Assembly (NCBI RefSeq): GCF_023055435.1
Contig: NW_025963802.1
Coordinates: forward strand, 8,060,001 to 8,124,000
Source of the DNA: Haliotis rufescens
Taxonomy: Eukaryota
Length of the DNA: 64,000 nucleotides
Direction of reading: 5' to 3'
The position numbers and the translations under genes are program-made. This document shows positions 49,601-62,289 of this stretch, piece by piece. The notes under the pieces were generated by a model. That model worked only from the letters and a program-made list of their open reading frames with translations, had not been told where the DNA came from and did not search any database. Every line of letters begins with the position of its first letter. Within the stretch, counting starts at the first letter, position 1.

Positions 49601-52600
49601 AACTACAATATAGATAACCCGGAGGCTGGTGGGAGGGGAGGTATTACTGGAGGATTCGTGTCATTGAACAGGGTCTACCCAAACACAAGCGGAAGTGAAC
49701 ACCTTTCAGACGATTTTGCACCAAGGCAGCCACTTCATCCTGGTTATCGTCCCACGCACCCGCCAGGGATGCCTTTTTATGCTGAGTCACCTGCGTTTCA
49801 AGGAGTACCATGGCCACCGTCATGGAATCATTATCCTGTGAATCCAGACCAGGGTTACTACTGGCCACCTTATTACCAGTATCCACATGGTCCGATTCCT
49901 AGGTTCCCAGGACAACCACCTGCACCAGTTCCTCTTTTTCAAAATCAGCCAAACATCGGAAGTGGTTTCCCTCAACCTACTCGGTACACACAGCCATTAT
50001 CGTCCATCACCGTCGACCACCCAGTCAGTTGGGCCCCTATGCCACGTCCTCAAGAAATGTACGACTCACCTGAACTGCAAACGCAACGTACAGGTGAGAA
50101 CAATCCAATAAGCACTTACACTTAGTTTTGCATAGTTCACGGATCCGCAGACCTTAAAAAGCGAAACCCAGAAGAAGAAAACAATCAGAATGACAAATTG
50201 TTGTTATATCGCCGACGTATATATTTGTATCCGTGCCACTTAGACAATTGGTAATTACGTTTACCTATTCCGTGCCAGTAAAACACACGCATCATCTGCA
50301 GCTGTATACCTATCATCCTTGATGATATATTTCTAAAAGATCTAGAACACCATGTATGTCAGACAAACACATGATTTATTTTGATGGTAAGTGATGCAGT
50401 AAAATTTGTTACCACAAAACTCGTACTTGTGAAGACACTTTTTTAAATGTCTAATGAATTGCAATGTTTATCAGAAAAGTCCCCATATGTGATTGTAAAT
50501 AAATTCCTACCCATTAATCTAAATTACATATATATGTCATACTCCTTGTCCCAACAAATGAGACTTTGTAAAAGGATATAAATACAACGTTGCTATCATA
50601 ACACATGTATATGTACATGCTTATAAATACAATGACAAGGCATCATTACCTGCACCCCTAAATAAGGTCGAGATCGACGTTTCTTGAAAAATTGACGTCA
50701 AGTGAGTTTATTCAACATGGACTATAAAGTAGCATCTGGAACAATAGCCCATGGGATGAAACATGCCCTCACAGATATAATTAGTGAGACACAATAGGGT
50801 CTTCTTAAGGGTCGTTGTATTTGAGATACTAAACGAATATTATACAACATTTTGAAATATTGTAAAATACCTGAAATACCAGGCTTACTCGTTACTGCAG
50901 ATGTTTTAAATGTTTTTAGTGATAGTGTTGAGTGGAGATTCATAGATAAAGCTTTTGAGGCTTTTAACGTTGGTCCCATTTTGCGATATTGGGTCAAACG
51001 TTTCCAGAAAAGTAGCTTCAGTGCAACAGTAATCTTGGCTTAGGCTTAAGGCAGGGTGATCCATTGTCCCCTTATATATTTACTATATGTGCTGAACTAC
51101 TTTCAAGCTCAATCAAAAGTAGCAATCTATAAAAGGTATTGATATCAAACGAATGGAATACGTTAATATTCCAATATGCAGATGATGCCAACTTTACTTT
51201 AAAGGGATCAGGAGAAAACCTCTCAGAATTGATAAGTATACTAAGAACATTTGCTATAGCTTTGTGTTTAAGAATCAATTGTGACCAAAATATGGCTACT
51301 TGGAATGGTTCAAGGAAGAATTCAAATGAACAGTTATGTCCCAATATACCATTGCACCAGTCAAAAGAACCATTTAAAATTCTAGGCGTCATAAAAATGT
51401 TTTTGTGGTTTGGAAGTGGTGTTAGATATATTTGAGAGATATTTTCACAGATACTGGGCACTTGAAATCATTTGCAAACCTAACAATATTATTAGAATTA
51501 AAAGGAGCACATTGTCACTATTTTAAACTAGTAAACCTTATCCCTCAGTATTGGATAACACTTGCACAGTGTGTGTTTGTAGAGAGAGAAAATATGCTTG
51601 AGTCTAACTATTGCAAATTTATATGTAAATTATTAAGGCAAGTACAAGCAACCCATTTGATATTCTTTGTGCACAGTGGAAGTCGAAGATAACTGAGACT
51701 TTATTACCCGAAGAGTATATGTCAAACTGCTTTCATATGATTCAGATATGGATTCGGTAATGGATCGAGAAACTTACAACACAAACTTATGCATAGAATT
51801 ATGACAACCAGACAGTTTTTTTCTTAATACTGGAAAAAGTTCAGATGAACTATGCTCGTTCTAATACTTTGAAAACATAAACACTTGTCGTTAATAAGAT
51901 TATTATAAGTATTATATTTCATAAAACATTATCACAACCTAGAAACATATCAGGATACCACAGACAGTGTTGAGCTAAACGAATAATGACCAATTCTTGA
52001 CTTAGATATTGCTCTCCTATCTCCTCTTCCACACCCTTCTTCTTTTCTAGTGCACAAACCCCACCCCACCGTCACAGTCACTATTGAAAGAAGTTGCTAA
52101 GATAAGGCCCAATAACCCTTAACCACGTGGGTATGTCAGGTATGTAAGGGATTGCATACATTTCCACTAAATAAAGAAAACAAACAAACAAACCCAAACT
52201 ATAGTGAAAAGCTATTCCTTTGAATAGTAAACCCTTTCCATGTTCATTAAAATCGATTGTACGATTCCGACTATATCTCGAGCATGTGTTTATGAATCAC
52301 AATCGAATAGTGATGAGACCAGGTTCGCGAAAAGGCGAGCGGATACTGCCCTACCGGTTGCAACCATCACAAACGCATGCAAAGGCAAGTCAATTGGTCA
52401 CCTAAAAACAAACTCGGCAACATATGTTGTAAGTAAAAATAGGGAAATGCATCTGACACCATTCTTGTTACTGATGCGTCAAATTTGGAAATGTCATAAA
52501 ACCTTTTAAAAAAAACTTTTCTGAGGCCTTGAATGTTGTAACCTTGATCAAACTTCTTAGCAAGAGTCGCATGATGCTCTTTGAAATCTTAGACGAAAGA

Positions 52601-55600
52601 GCATGCTCGATTGTCTCTCAAAAGTTGTGAAATGTCGGCTGGAGGAATATTGCTCCACAAATAGGTAAAGATGACGTCATCCCTCTTGTGATACAGTCTT
52701 GTGGAGAATAGATCAAAATATGAAACAGATGAAGTGGTCTCACTGGTGTTTATATCAGTTCAGGTTGGTAAATCAGTGGAAGGAAATTGGCTAATCTTAA
52801 GTTAGACTTCTTGGCCAAATGTCCTTGTTTTGACTTTGCCAATCCGAGTAGAAATTCTTATTCAAATGCACAGAAACAGATCAGCAAGAAAGGGATCATA
52901 ATTGGTAACCATGTGGATGCATACCTCTTCCCTAAATGCCTTACCCCCAAATTCTACATATACGTTATCAACGAAGAAGTCAAACATTTCACATATTGTT
53001 TTCCCAATAAACCTCAGATGTTTTCGTTGTTGACAAACTGACCCGAACCTCTGACGATAGCTATATAACTGTGTCAATGATCACTACGTTTTGTAACAAA
53101 AAAAACCCATGGATTTTGGAATTATGTTTTTCCCTAAGTTTGTCATGTGGGATTGTGGTGTACAAAGTTGAAAAATCAAATCTTTTGACAGAATTTCTGA
53201 GTTTATAAAAAGTCAAGCAAATTCATCTTCCTTGATTGTGTTAAAGATTAACAAACGTTTAAACAATTCCAGTTCACCACTTAAAGTATCCCGATGCAGA
53301 CGAACTGGTTTTTGCCAGGAGAACGATTGAAGTTCATGGATGTGACTTTGCATCAGGAAGTTTGGACAAGTTCAAGTATTATTTTGAAAACGAAAGACGA
53401 GGAGGAGGAGACGTAGAAAACTTCGAAAATGACGAGGAAAATAACAGGCTTCTCATTACATTCAAAGATCCTGCAGGTACGTTTTCTAGGTTTGGTACGT
53501 TTAATGTAATGAAATCAATTCATGTATTTTATAAAAAGGAGAGTTGCGTCCCTTAGGCGTCCCACAAACTTATCGTGGGTTCGAATCAGAGATTTATGTT
53601 TCTAGGTTTGTCAGCGCCAATTAAAAGTGGCCTTAAACAAAGCTCACTCTTTCCGAATTCAGTATATTTTGGACCATTCTGTGTGATATATTCAGTATAT
53701 TAATTAGTATTAAATGTAAATACCAAATTTGTATTCGTCACCATACATTCGTTTTGAGACCAGTAGGAAAATGCACACTAAAAATATACGACGTTTCAAA
53801 TTATACTCATGTGCGAGAGAAATATATTGTGAGAATTATACCAATAAGTGTGACGGAGACGGTCACGTCACTTCAGGTTTTGTAGTGATTAAGTCAAACT
53901 ATTTATGATAATAGAATAGGGATATGATACACTGGATTATCGGGGAAGATTGTAGACATACTTCACATATTTCTTCCGAAATGGGAAACAGAAGAAATGA
54001 TGTAAATATTTGAAAGGTTATTTGTACACACCTTGATAATTCAGTAAATTACAAATAGTTAGTTAATTACTTATTTAATACAACTAACCTCGATCACTTT
54101 TTTAAAATTATAAAATATTATTGGTCTGTTTCAGGCATAACATTTGCAACCCTCCTTTAAATGATGTGACTGCCGATGAGATGTAAAATTTTAACTCACT
54201 CACTAAAAGAGTGAATTTTATTGCAAAATGCAGAAAGCGTATTGCGTATTCTTAAAGGCGACTCACCCATTGGTCAGATGAGCTGAAAGGGGCATAAAAT
54301 CTACAAGAACCGAGGAGTAAATTAAGCTTTTTGTTTCCTCATTCAATAAACACTTAAACTTATGAATAGGTTCAGCGTTTTATATATATATGTGTAATTA
54401 TAGCAGGGTTATATGTATATATCTTGAGAGTTCAGTAATAGATACAACATATTGTTTTTTAAATATTTACAGTGGCACAGAGACTCGTCGAGAAGGGAAG
54501 AGTAACCATAGCAAAGGAAGAAGCGGAAATAAGACCTCATACACCAATGCCAGTCTACGTGGACAAAGTGCTTTTGAAGTATCCAGGTGCACACCTCGAT
54601 AAGGACTCAGAGGACCTTTCTATCTATCTTCAAGCAAGGGCCAATGCTGATGTGAAGGGAGTCAACAAAGGAGCCAAAGATGGTGTGCTGTTGGTAACTT
54701 TCAGCGACCCTATTGGTAAGGAGAAATATCGAAGTTTATGTTAATACGATTGGCTCCCGTGGTACATATCTTGATTTCGACATATTATTAGCAAGTAATA
54801 CTATAATTATTAAAAAGATAAAGATGTTTCCTTCTGCCTGTATTTTTGCTTTTGTTTGTAATACATAAAATAACCTCATAATCAAATCTCAATTTTAACT
54901 CAAATATTTGGAATTATAAAAGGATATCACCTGGATAGTGTGTAATTATCATATTCCAAGCAGCCTTCTAGTAATTTCCCTAAAAATCTAATCTAAAAAT
55001 TCTCATGAAAACAAAGAGCTGTCCATTATTATTTTTTAATTTATTAAATACATTATGTGTAAAATAGGTTATGTTTTATCTGTGTTCATCGTATTCTTCA
55101 TAAAAAGTTATATTTTAGAATTTGCCAAATAAATCACTTGAAGAATTCATAATAATCAAATAAAATGGTCACTTTGTCGACCTTTGAGGATAAAGTACGG
55201 CTATGTTTGACTTTTATCTTTGTACTTGCACATACCTCCCGTGAAGAGCCGGTCTTCAGCAACCCATGCTTGCGGTATAAGGCGACTATGCTTGTCGTAA
55301 GAGGAGACTAATGGGTTATTGTGGTCAGGCTCGCTGACTTGGTTGATACATGTCATTGTATCCCAATTGCATGGATAGATTCTCATGATATCAATCACTG
55401 GATTGTCTGGTCCAGACTGGTACAGAGCGCCGTCATTTAGCTAATAATATTGCTGAGAACTGCGTTAAACAACAAACAAACAACAAACAAATTATATATC
55501 ATACTTCATTCAGATATATCCAAACTCCAGTCAGCTTGTAACAACAAACCCTTCAAAACGAAAGCGGTGACAGCGTTTAAGGTACCTGCCACCAGAGTAC

Positions 55601-58600
55601 TGAGGGTTGAGGGCGTCCCATTGTCAGTTGCCTCGGAGACAATTTCAGATTACTTTGAAACCCGGAAATGTGGAAATGATACGAGTTCAGAGGTAGTCAA
55701 AGTGGAAGGATTAGATCAACGTGGATGCTACCTTGTCCATCTCGCTGACCACAAAGGTGAGGAAGAACAAAGGGCTATAGTACATGGTCCGCTTAAGATC
55801 CGGAGCCGTGAATTTACAGTATAAATTACTGATATGAGAAATAATGCTTGCCATGGATTGCATAGTGATGGCTTCAATAATATTGATACTACATGCATAC
55901 ATATAGAACAAGGCATGAAAGAAACATAATGATATATTGAATGTTTGCCTGTTTTTTTCTCAGTTGTTGAGCAGATCAGCGAGAGAGTGCATACACTTGG
56001 AGAAGCAAATATAAAAGTCTACCTCCATCACAAATGTGTCGGATGGCAGTCACCTGAGTCCACTGACACAACACCAGCTCAGATGTCAGGCGCCATACCC
56101 CTTGAAAGTATTGACCAACTTGTACCACGGTTTCTGAAGAAGTCACCCAAAGTACTCAGAAACATTCAAGAAAAACTAGGTGGTTACGGATTGTCATTAA
56201 AGTTGAATGAGTCCAACCAGTTGTTCGTATTTCGTCAAGTCGGGAGCGAGTGTGGAACTACAACTGCTGATGGAATGGATTACAAGAGTTCAGCTAGGTC
56301 GGTCATCAGTGAATTTGTTCTTCATGTTTTGGTTCAGATTCCCATGGAATTAAAGGGCAACATTGATACAATGTTAATGCAGGTCAATGTTGATGAAACA
56401 GAGGTTAGGATGTACACTGACAAGGAGGTCGTAGCAATTGTCGGCATTCCTACGAAAGCTAATGAAGTCAAGGCAGAAGTTGAGAAACATATTGCGCATG
56501 GAATATCTTCAAAAGGCCCCCCAAAACCCGAAATTGTGAAACCTTTAGTACCTCTTAAAGCCAAATTTCTTCGAGAGTGCGGTTTTAAGGAGATGATAAA
56601 ACAATTCCCTGGAGTGAGTGCGAGATTTGATGCAAATGGTGTCCATCTGTCTGGTCCAGAAACCTCTGTGAAAGAAGCAACGATTAAAATGTATGAACTG
56701 GTGAATGGAACGCAAACTTCAGAGATAGAACATGTTTCCAAACAGCAACTAACTGAGCTTCAGAAGAAGGCAGTTGAGGATGATCTGAGGAACGAACTGA
56801 AGAAAATTGGCATTGTAGCATCATGGCATGCAAAAGAGTCATCACTAGAAGTAATTTCAACAACTCCAGAAAAAGTTGGACAAGTCGGTGAAATGATACT
56901 TAATACTGTGGTGGAAAGAGTTGTTCCCCTTGAAGGAAAAATGCAGTTACTAATCCAATCAGAATCGTGGGAAAGCCTACGGAAATCATTGATTTATCAT
57001 TTGCCTGACACCTTCAGTATTCATAATCTCCAAGACAAGAATTATCTACTCATTGTGGGGTTAAAGGATGATGTGGAATGTGTTTATGCTGAAGTCACAA
57101 TGTTTTTGTCCTCCAACACCGTAGATGAAACACGTCTCTCGTTTACTAAAGGGCAGCACAGATTCCTTCTGGCCCACTACAAAGAAGAAGTTGCAACAAT
57201 TGCTAAAGATTTGAAGGACTATCATGTCCGGATTATATACCAGGAGAATGGAACCGAGTTCACTATTAATGGCTCAAAAGAAGGAATCGACAAATGCCGA
57301 AAGGAACTGACCTTCCTGGCCGACAAAGTAATGAGCCACAAGGAACTGTTACAGAAGGCTGGCATGGCCAGAATGCTCAAAACAGGACAAGGAGGACACA
57401 TTATTTCTCATGTAGAAAAGGTTGAAAGATGTATCATAGAGGTTGTTAATGAAGAGAAGGGGGAGGATGAAAACAAACACGAAGGACAAGGTAATGCAGC
57501 CACTCAAGAGCCAGTATCCACCATAGTGGCTGTCTCAAACATAGCAGGTGGAAGGAAGATCTATGTAAGAGAAGGAGACATTACGACCATGAAAGTCAGT
57601 GCCATTGTCAATGCTGCTAATGAGAGATTAGATCACTGTGCAGGTCTTGCCAAAGTCATCGTTGACAAAGGTAATACTTTTTTTTTTTAAAGTAATAAAT
57701 ATATATTATATATATATCCAAAATGTTTCCACATTAAAACTGGATATTTTCACGGATTATGTTTACAGTTAATGAAGTGTTATACAAACGTTTTAATATG
57801 CCAAGTGCGATTTACCATCAGAATCCATAATTGGTAGAGAAGAAAATATATTTTTGAACATATTTCAGCTGGAAAAGACGTGCAAGATGAGTGTAACGGA
57901 CACGTGAATTCGTATGGTGCAGTTCTGGATGGAGATGCTGTGTTGTCGAAGCCAGGAAGACTGAAAGGTAGCTGTGATTTCATTGTGCATGCAGTGGGTC
58001 CAAGATGGGAAGGAGGAAAGAAGAGAGAAAAGGAAAAATTGAAAGAAGCTGTCACCCGGAGTCTGGAGCTTACAGACAGTAGACAGGGGAGCTCTATTGC
58101 AATACCTGCTTTGAGTGCTGGAATCTTTGGATATCCCAAAGATGCTGCTACAAGGGTTATAACTACTGCAGTAAGAGACTACTTTGTGAAACATAAATCC
58201 AGTACAATCAAGGACGTTTATTTGTGTACAGTGAATGGCAAAACTGTGGACAGCTTTGTAAAATCGCTGCAAGATGTCTTAGGGGCATCAAATGTTCACA
58301 TACAACCACGTTTACAAGGCGGGGCAGGTGCTCAGATGCAACAATCATCCCCCAGAACACAGAGAAGAGTTTCTGGTATGTCAACTTGAAATATAATAAC
58401 CAACTGCATATGATAATATGTAAAAAGTTGAAATAGTGAATGGCATCATTATCCGAGGCCTATTTTTTCTCTGGTTTGACTACGTGGCAAGACAAGCTAT
58501 GAGTGTTTGTACTGCAGTATTAGTGCTACAACTGTTTTGCACCATGGACCCAAGGCAATAACGAAGTCCCATGTTTTAATAGTTATACCACATTCATATA

Positions 58601-60446
58601 TTTCATGCAGTTTCTATTTATTCATTGTAGCTCTATCAGATGTGAAGTGTGGGTATAAAGTAAAGCTGGTTGAAGGAAGCATTGCTGAACAAAAGGTATA
58701 AACACCATGAAACCTTTATTCACCTGTATCATCTTAGCATTCATGTGTATCATGCCAAACGTTATGAAAGATGATGACAAACGATGATGTATAATTTCGT
58801 TGAATGTTTCTGTAAATATAGAGGTGTCAATGTAGATTGTGTGTTAGTCAGGGCTTCAAATATGTATTTTGATAACAAATAAAAATCGCACATTCGAAAA
58901 TGGTAATGTTTACTGATACAGTACAATTTCAAGTTATTTGTAACAGGTGCGCTAATTCCCTGTTATGTAGATAAGAAAAACATTTTCGGAACCTAATTCA
59001 TCAGGCTGTGGTTTACAGTATCAGTTTATACACCATTTTTCTTGTATGTTGCTATTAATACTGTGAGAGCAGGAATGACTAGACAAGACAAATAATGAAG
59101 CCTGTCCAAATAATAATCCATTTTCTTTATGTATATTGTGATAGGTCTGGGAAGAATTCAGATTCACTTTTGTAAATATTTTGTAAACATTTTGTAAACA
59201 CCTATACACACGAGAACATATACATGTATTTTGTGTTTTTCAGGTAGATGTTATCGTCAACACAACGAACAAGGAATTGAATTTACAAAATGCAGGGCCA
59301 GTTTCGACAGCCATTCTTGAAGTCGCTGGTCCAGAGTTATTGTCTGCCTGCAGGATATACCCACAAGGCATTAACCCTGGTTCAATTGTTGTCACACCTG
59401 GTTTCAAACTGAAGTGCAAAAAGGTGTATCATGTTTGTATGAAGACATCCACACCCCTGCGAATGCCCTTTCTTCGTCAACAAACACCAAATACAACTGT
59501 AAAAAAGGTAAAGCTGTACTTGAGGTAAAGGTAAAGGTAAAATGATTAATGTTAACGTGATGGATATCTGTCCATTAAAATGAATAGCATTCATGTTGAT
59601 GTGTGAAAGTGTGTACTTTCAAAAGGCATGATCGAAGTTTGACCAAACTTAGTATACAGGTGTATGATCGCAAGAGCAGGGTTTGAATCAAATAAAATGC
59701 CCCTGCCACCTGAAATACCCAAATGTGTCTCGAAATAAAATAATTGTGAAAGTTTGACCTTCATATCTTGTGCCTTGACAGAGAAGCATATAGATCGGTA
59801 ATCCATATATCTATAAGCCCTAACTGTATTACTGCATTGATAAATATTCGGGTATGGGCTATCAACTACAGTTAGAGTACTCCCATAAAACCCAGGTACA
59901 GAAAAAAAGGCACCTGCAGTGACCAAAAGAAAGCACCATTTCAGAACTGTTGGTGATGCATACATTATTTTACCATCTCTTATTCTAATTGCGCACCTAC
60001 TGTCGTTGTTTTTTTTATCTTTGAAATAGATGTATTCAAAGTTGATTATGCTGGAAAAAGCTTTGCCAAATGACATCATGGCAGGTGGCATTATGAACAG
60101 TTTTCTGGAACTTCGTGTTCATTCTGTTGATATATATTATATAAATGTCCTCGTCAAAAAAATATCTTCCCCAATATCACTATCTGTATGTGGGTTTCAA
60201 TTGAAATAGAAATCTCTTTTGCAGGCTGTGGCAGACATAGTTAAGGAATGCTTAACAACTGCTGACAGACACAACTGTTCCAGCATCGCAATGCCAGCAC
60301 TTGGTACAGGGATTGGAGGATATTCTCGAGATCTGGTAGCCGAGGCTATGTTATCAACCATACACGACTTCTGGTCACAGTGCCCGAATACATCCCTCAC
60401 AGACATAAGAGTCATCCTGTATCCCAGGGATAGGGAGAACATACAG
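37689..60446 (+). CDS. PARP14: PARP14-like macrodomain mono-ADP-ribosyltransferase gene, 3'-incomplete (RRMs, KH-like region, macro 1, macro 2)
   Basis: Eleven phase-consistent GT-AG exons: 37689-37875, 48001-48119, 49490-50093, 53273-53476, 54473-54715, 55514-55756, 55964-57670, 57869-58375, 58631-58695, 59244-59507, 60225-60446. Motifs: YYFENERRGGGDV (PARP14/NMI-type RRM); GDIT...IVNAANERLDHCAGLA...HAVGPRW...SIAIPALSAGIFGYP (macro 1); VDVIVNTTN...SIAMPALGTGIGGY (macro 2). WWE and ART domains are not in the window, so orthology within PARP9/14/15 is unconfirmed; linkage of the first three exons is less certain than the rest. Confidence 0.85.
39759..42639 (+). pseudogene. THAP + HTH + DDE (DDE_Tnp_4/Harbinger-type) transposase, frameshifted in exon 2
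   Basis: Exons 39759-39905, 40699-40864, 41415-42639. THAP: CSVPFC..FP.D...RRKW...IRR / VCSNHF..LVPGAVP. HTH: LAHLFNV..STICR. Triad: VIVDCTE, MADKGF, RIHVERAIR. The phase-0 junction reads IGRNII.., whereas VCSNHF lies in another frame (net +2/-1 indel near 40710). Confidence 0.88.
43167..46241 (-). pseudogene. SWIM zinc finger + YqaJ/lambda-exonuclease (PD-(D/E)xK) protein with a premature stop
   Basis: Exons 46241-46067, 45045-44963, 44591-43167. SWIM: CNCESGQGKCNH. YqaJ: TQDQ..KW....HRLSSSNF, MKYGMENE, PYLATSPDRRV, LLEIKC, YHQVMGQM. TAG at 43310-43308 sits where W is expected (GAR*VDFFVW); the frame continues to TAA at 43169-43167. Confidence 0.88.
47057..47517 (-). mobile_element. Tc1-like transposon 5' remnant
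   Basis: Paired-like N-terminus MSRLAQ..ALGMTETG...ITIYR; TIR-like end TACTATGTTCCAAAAGAAATGCAC. Confidence 0.5.
50720..51900 (+). pseudogene. Decayed L1/Tx1-clade LINE reverse transcriptase fragment
   Basis: IISETQ*GLLKGR.I, DSVEWRFIDKAFEAFNVGP, GLRQGDPLSPYIFTICAELL, IFQYADDA across frameshifts. Confidence 0.8.
52500..53090 (-). pseudogene. Penelope-like element reverse transcriptase remnant
   Basis: VDNVYVEFGGKAFREEVCIHMVTNYDPFLADLFL resembles the PLE motif F..FGG.VFQQ.VGIPMGTNCAPLLADLFL; downstream SNIP..ISQL...RACS. Confidence 0.7.
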
Positions 60447-60877
60447 GTTTGGTGTATTTCTTTACACATCATCTTTTTTATATCTTTTCATTACAGACAC
60501 ATATGCCCCGTTCATGAATGTCAATTGCAAATATCAAAGACTGGATTATCAGGCCGAGATTCGATTATTTACAGACAGTCGTCATACAGCTGAAATATTG
60601 CTGGATACGGCGTTAAACAAAAAAAACCAAAACTAATACCTATGCCAGGCAAGGTTTCACCTATTATGTAAAAGTCTTCAATAAAATATTCATTATATAA
60701 TCTAGGGCGTTAAATCAAGCTTTTTAACCGTATACATAAGGTATGCTAACTACCAGGTTCATGTCTTGATTTGTTACTTTTGGCACATAATGATGACTAT
60801 TAAAACGAGCTGTACGATTGTTATAAGCCGTATATGTAAACCTCATGTGATGCAAAAGTTGTCCCAAAGCAAGTTTA

Positions 60878-62289
60878 TCTTGTGTTCCAAAAGAATATGA
60901 GCAGAAAGGAATTTTACCGAAGACCAGAAATTGAAGGATTAGAAAACATTGAAAAACTTTTTTTGTCATGTAACTGTCATGATATCAGCAGACCATATCA
61001 GGTGTCACACAGACACCCTAGGGAGTGCAGAGACAGAAACGTCAGTAACGTGGGTATGATCCACGGACATTACAAGTCGTTGAATGCTTTTCTGAGGCAA
61101 ACGGATCCATTCTTCATGAAGTGCGGCTTCAAGTCCAGGGAGATTTCGAACTGGGAGATCACGATGTCTGATTTTCCGGCCAAGAATGTCCCAGAGATGC
61201 TCAATCGGATTAAGATCCGGACTACAGGCCGGCCAAGGAAGATTGGCAATAGCTTCTTGACGCAAATAAGGCAAAACTGCCCGAGATCTGTGTGGTCTAG
61301 CATTGTCGTCGATGTAAACAGGTCTTGTCTGAAGAGGATGGTTGTCTAAATGAGGGACTACCACTGGTTGAAGAACGGCATCTTGGTATTGTTGGCCATT
61401 CAGGTTTCCACGAATTGTCACCAGCGGAAGTTTGCAGCTGAAGGAAACACAACCCCATATCATGACAGACCCCCCGCCACATGCTATGGTCTTCTGGATA
61501 TTCCTTGGTGCAAAACGAGTGTTATGTTGCCTCCAAACGCGTATTCGACCATCAACAGTTCGTAGCACCATTCGACACTCGTCAGACCAATGGATCCTTC
61601 TCCAGTTGGCCAAGTTCCATCGACTACGGGCACGACACCATATCAGACGATTCCGCTTGTGCTTTCAGTCAGTTGAGGACGTTTTACTGGTCTTCTGGCG
61701 TTATAACCAGGCGACGCCTTACGGTCATCGTCGAGAGTCTGTGATGGGTAATCCACTGCAGTCTTAAATCTGTTGAAGTGGCAAATGGATTTCATCTGAC
61801 TATCCTGAAAAGACGTCTATCCTCTCTGTTAGAGGTCTTTCTTGGCCTACCAGACCTATGCCTGTCATTGGCATCATTGGATTGACCATGTTTGACAATC
61901 AAACGAGTGATAACACTGTGATGACGACCCATTTGTCTTGCAAAGGCCCTGCATGACATGCCAGCATTTGACATGCCTATCACCTGCCATCTTTCAGCGT
62001 TCGTTAACTTTCTCCTCACCATGGCTGATTTTCAACCTCTATTGGAAGGGGAATCTCACACAGGAGCAAAATGCAACCACGTGTCTGAAACTTGAATTTC
62101 ACTATTTATAGGTTAGGGGAACTGCAGCAACACGAAAGGCACGCTTTTCTTGTGGTATCTGGACAAACTTGGGTTCACGAAACTATGGAAGCCTAATTCA
62201 GTCATACATCATCATATTTCGTATTTCTGATTCCCACACGTGAAATCAAGAGACTGTGAATATGGTGGCGCTTAATTTTTGTGCATGTG
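60878..62289 (-). mobile_element. Tc1 (DD34E) transposon, degenerate, in a PARP14-like intron
   Basis: HTH MVRRKLTNAERWQVIGM...RSGRPRKTS (62022-61792); WSDE, DDNARPH and SPDLNPIEHLW with 34 residues between D and E. Stops, frameshifts and a C-terminal deletion before GSYPRY*. Ends are approximate and the TIRs poorly matched. Confidence 0.85.

Noticed and set aside
60882-61767. Plus-strand ORFs of 70-155 aa
   Set aside because: Antisense to the Tc1 transposase.
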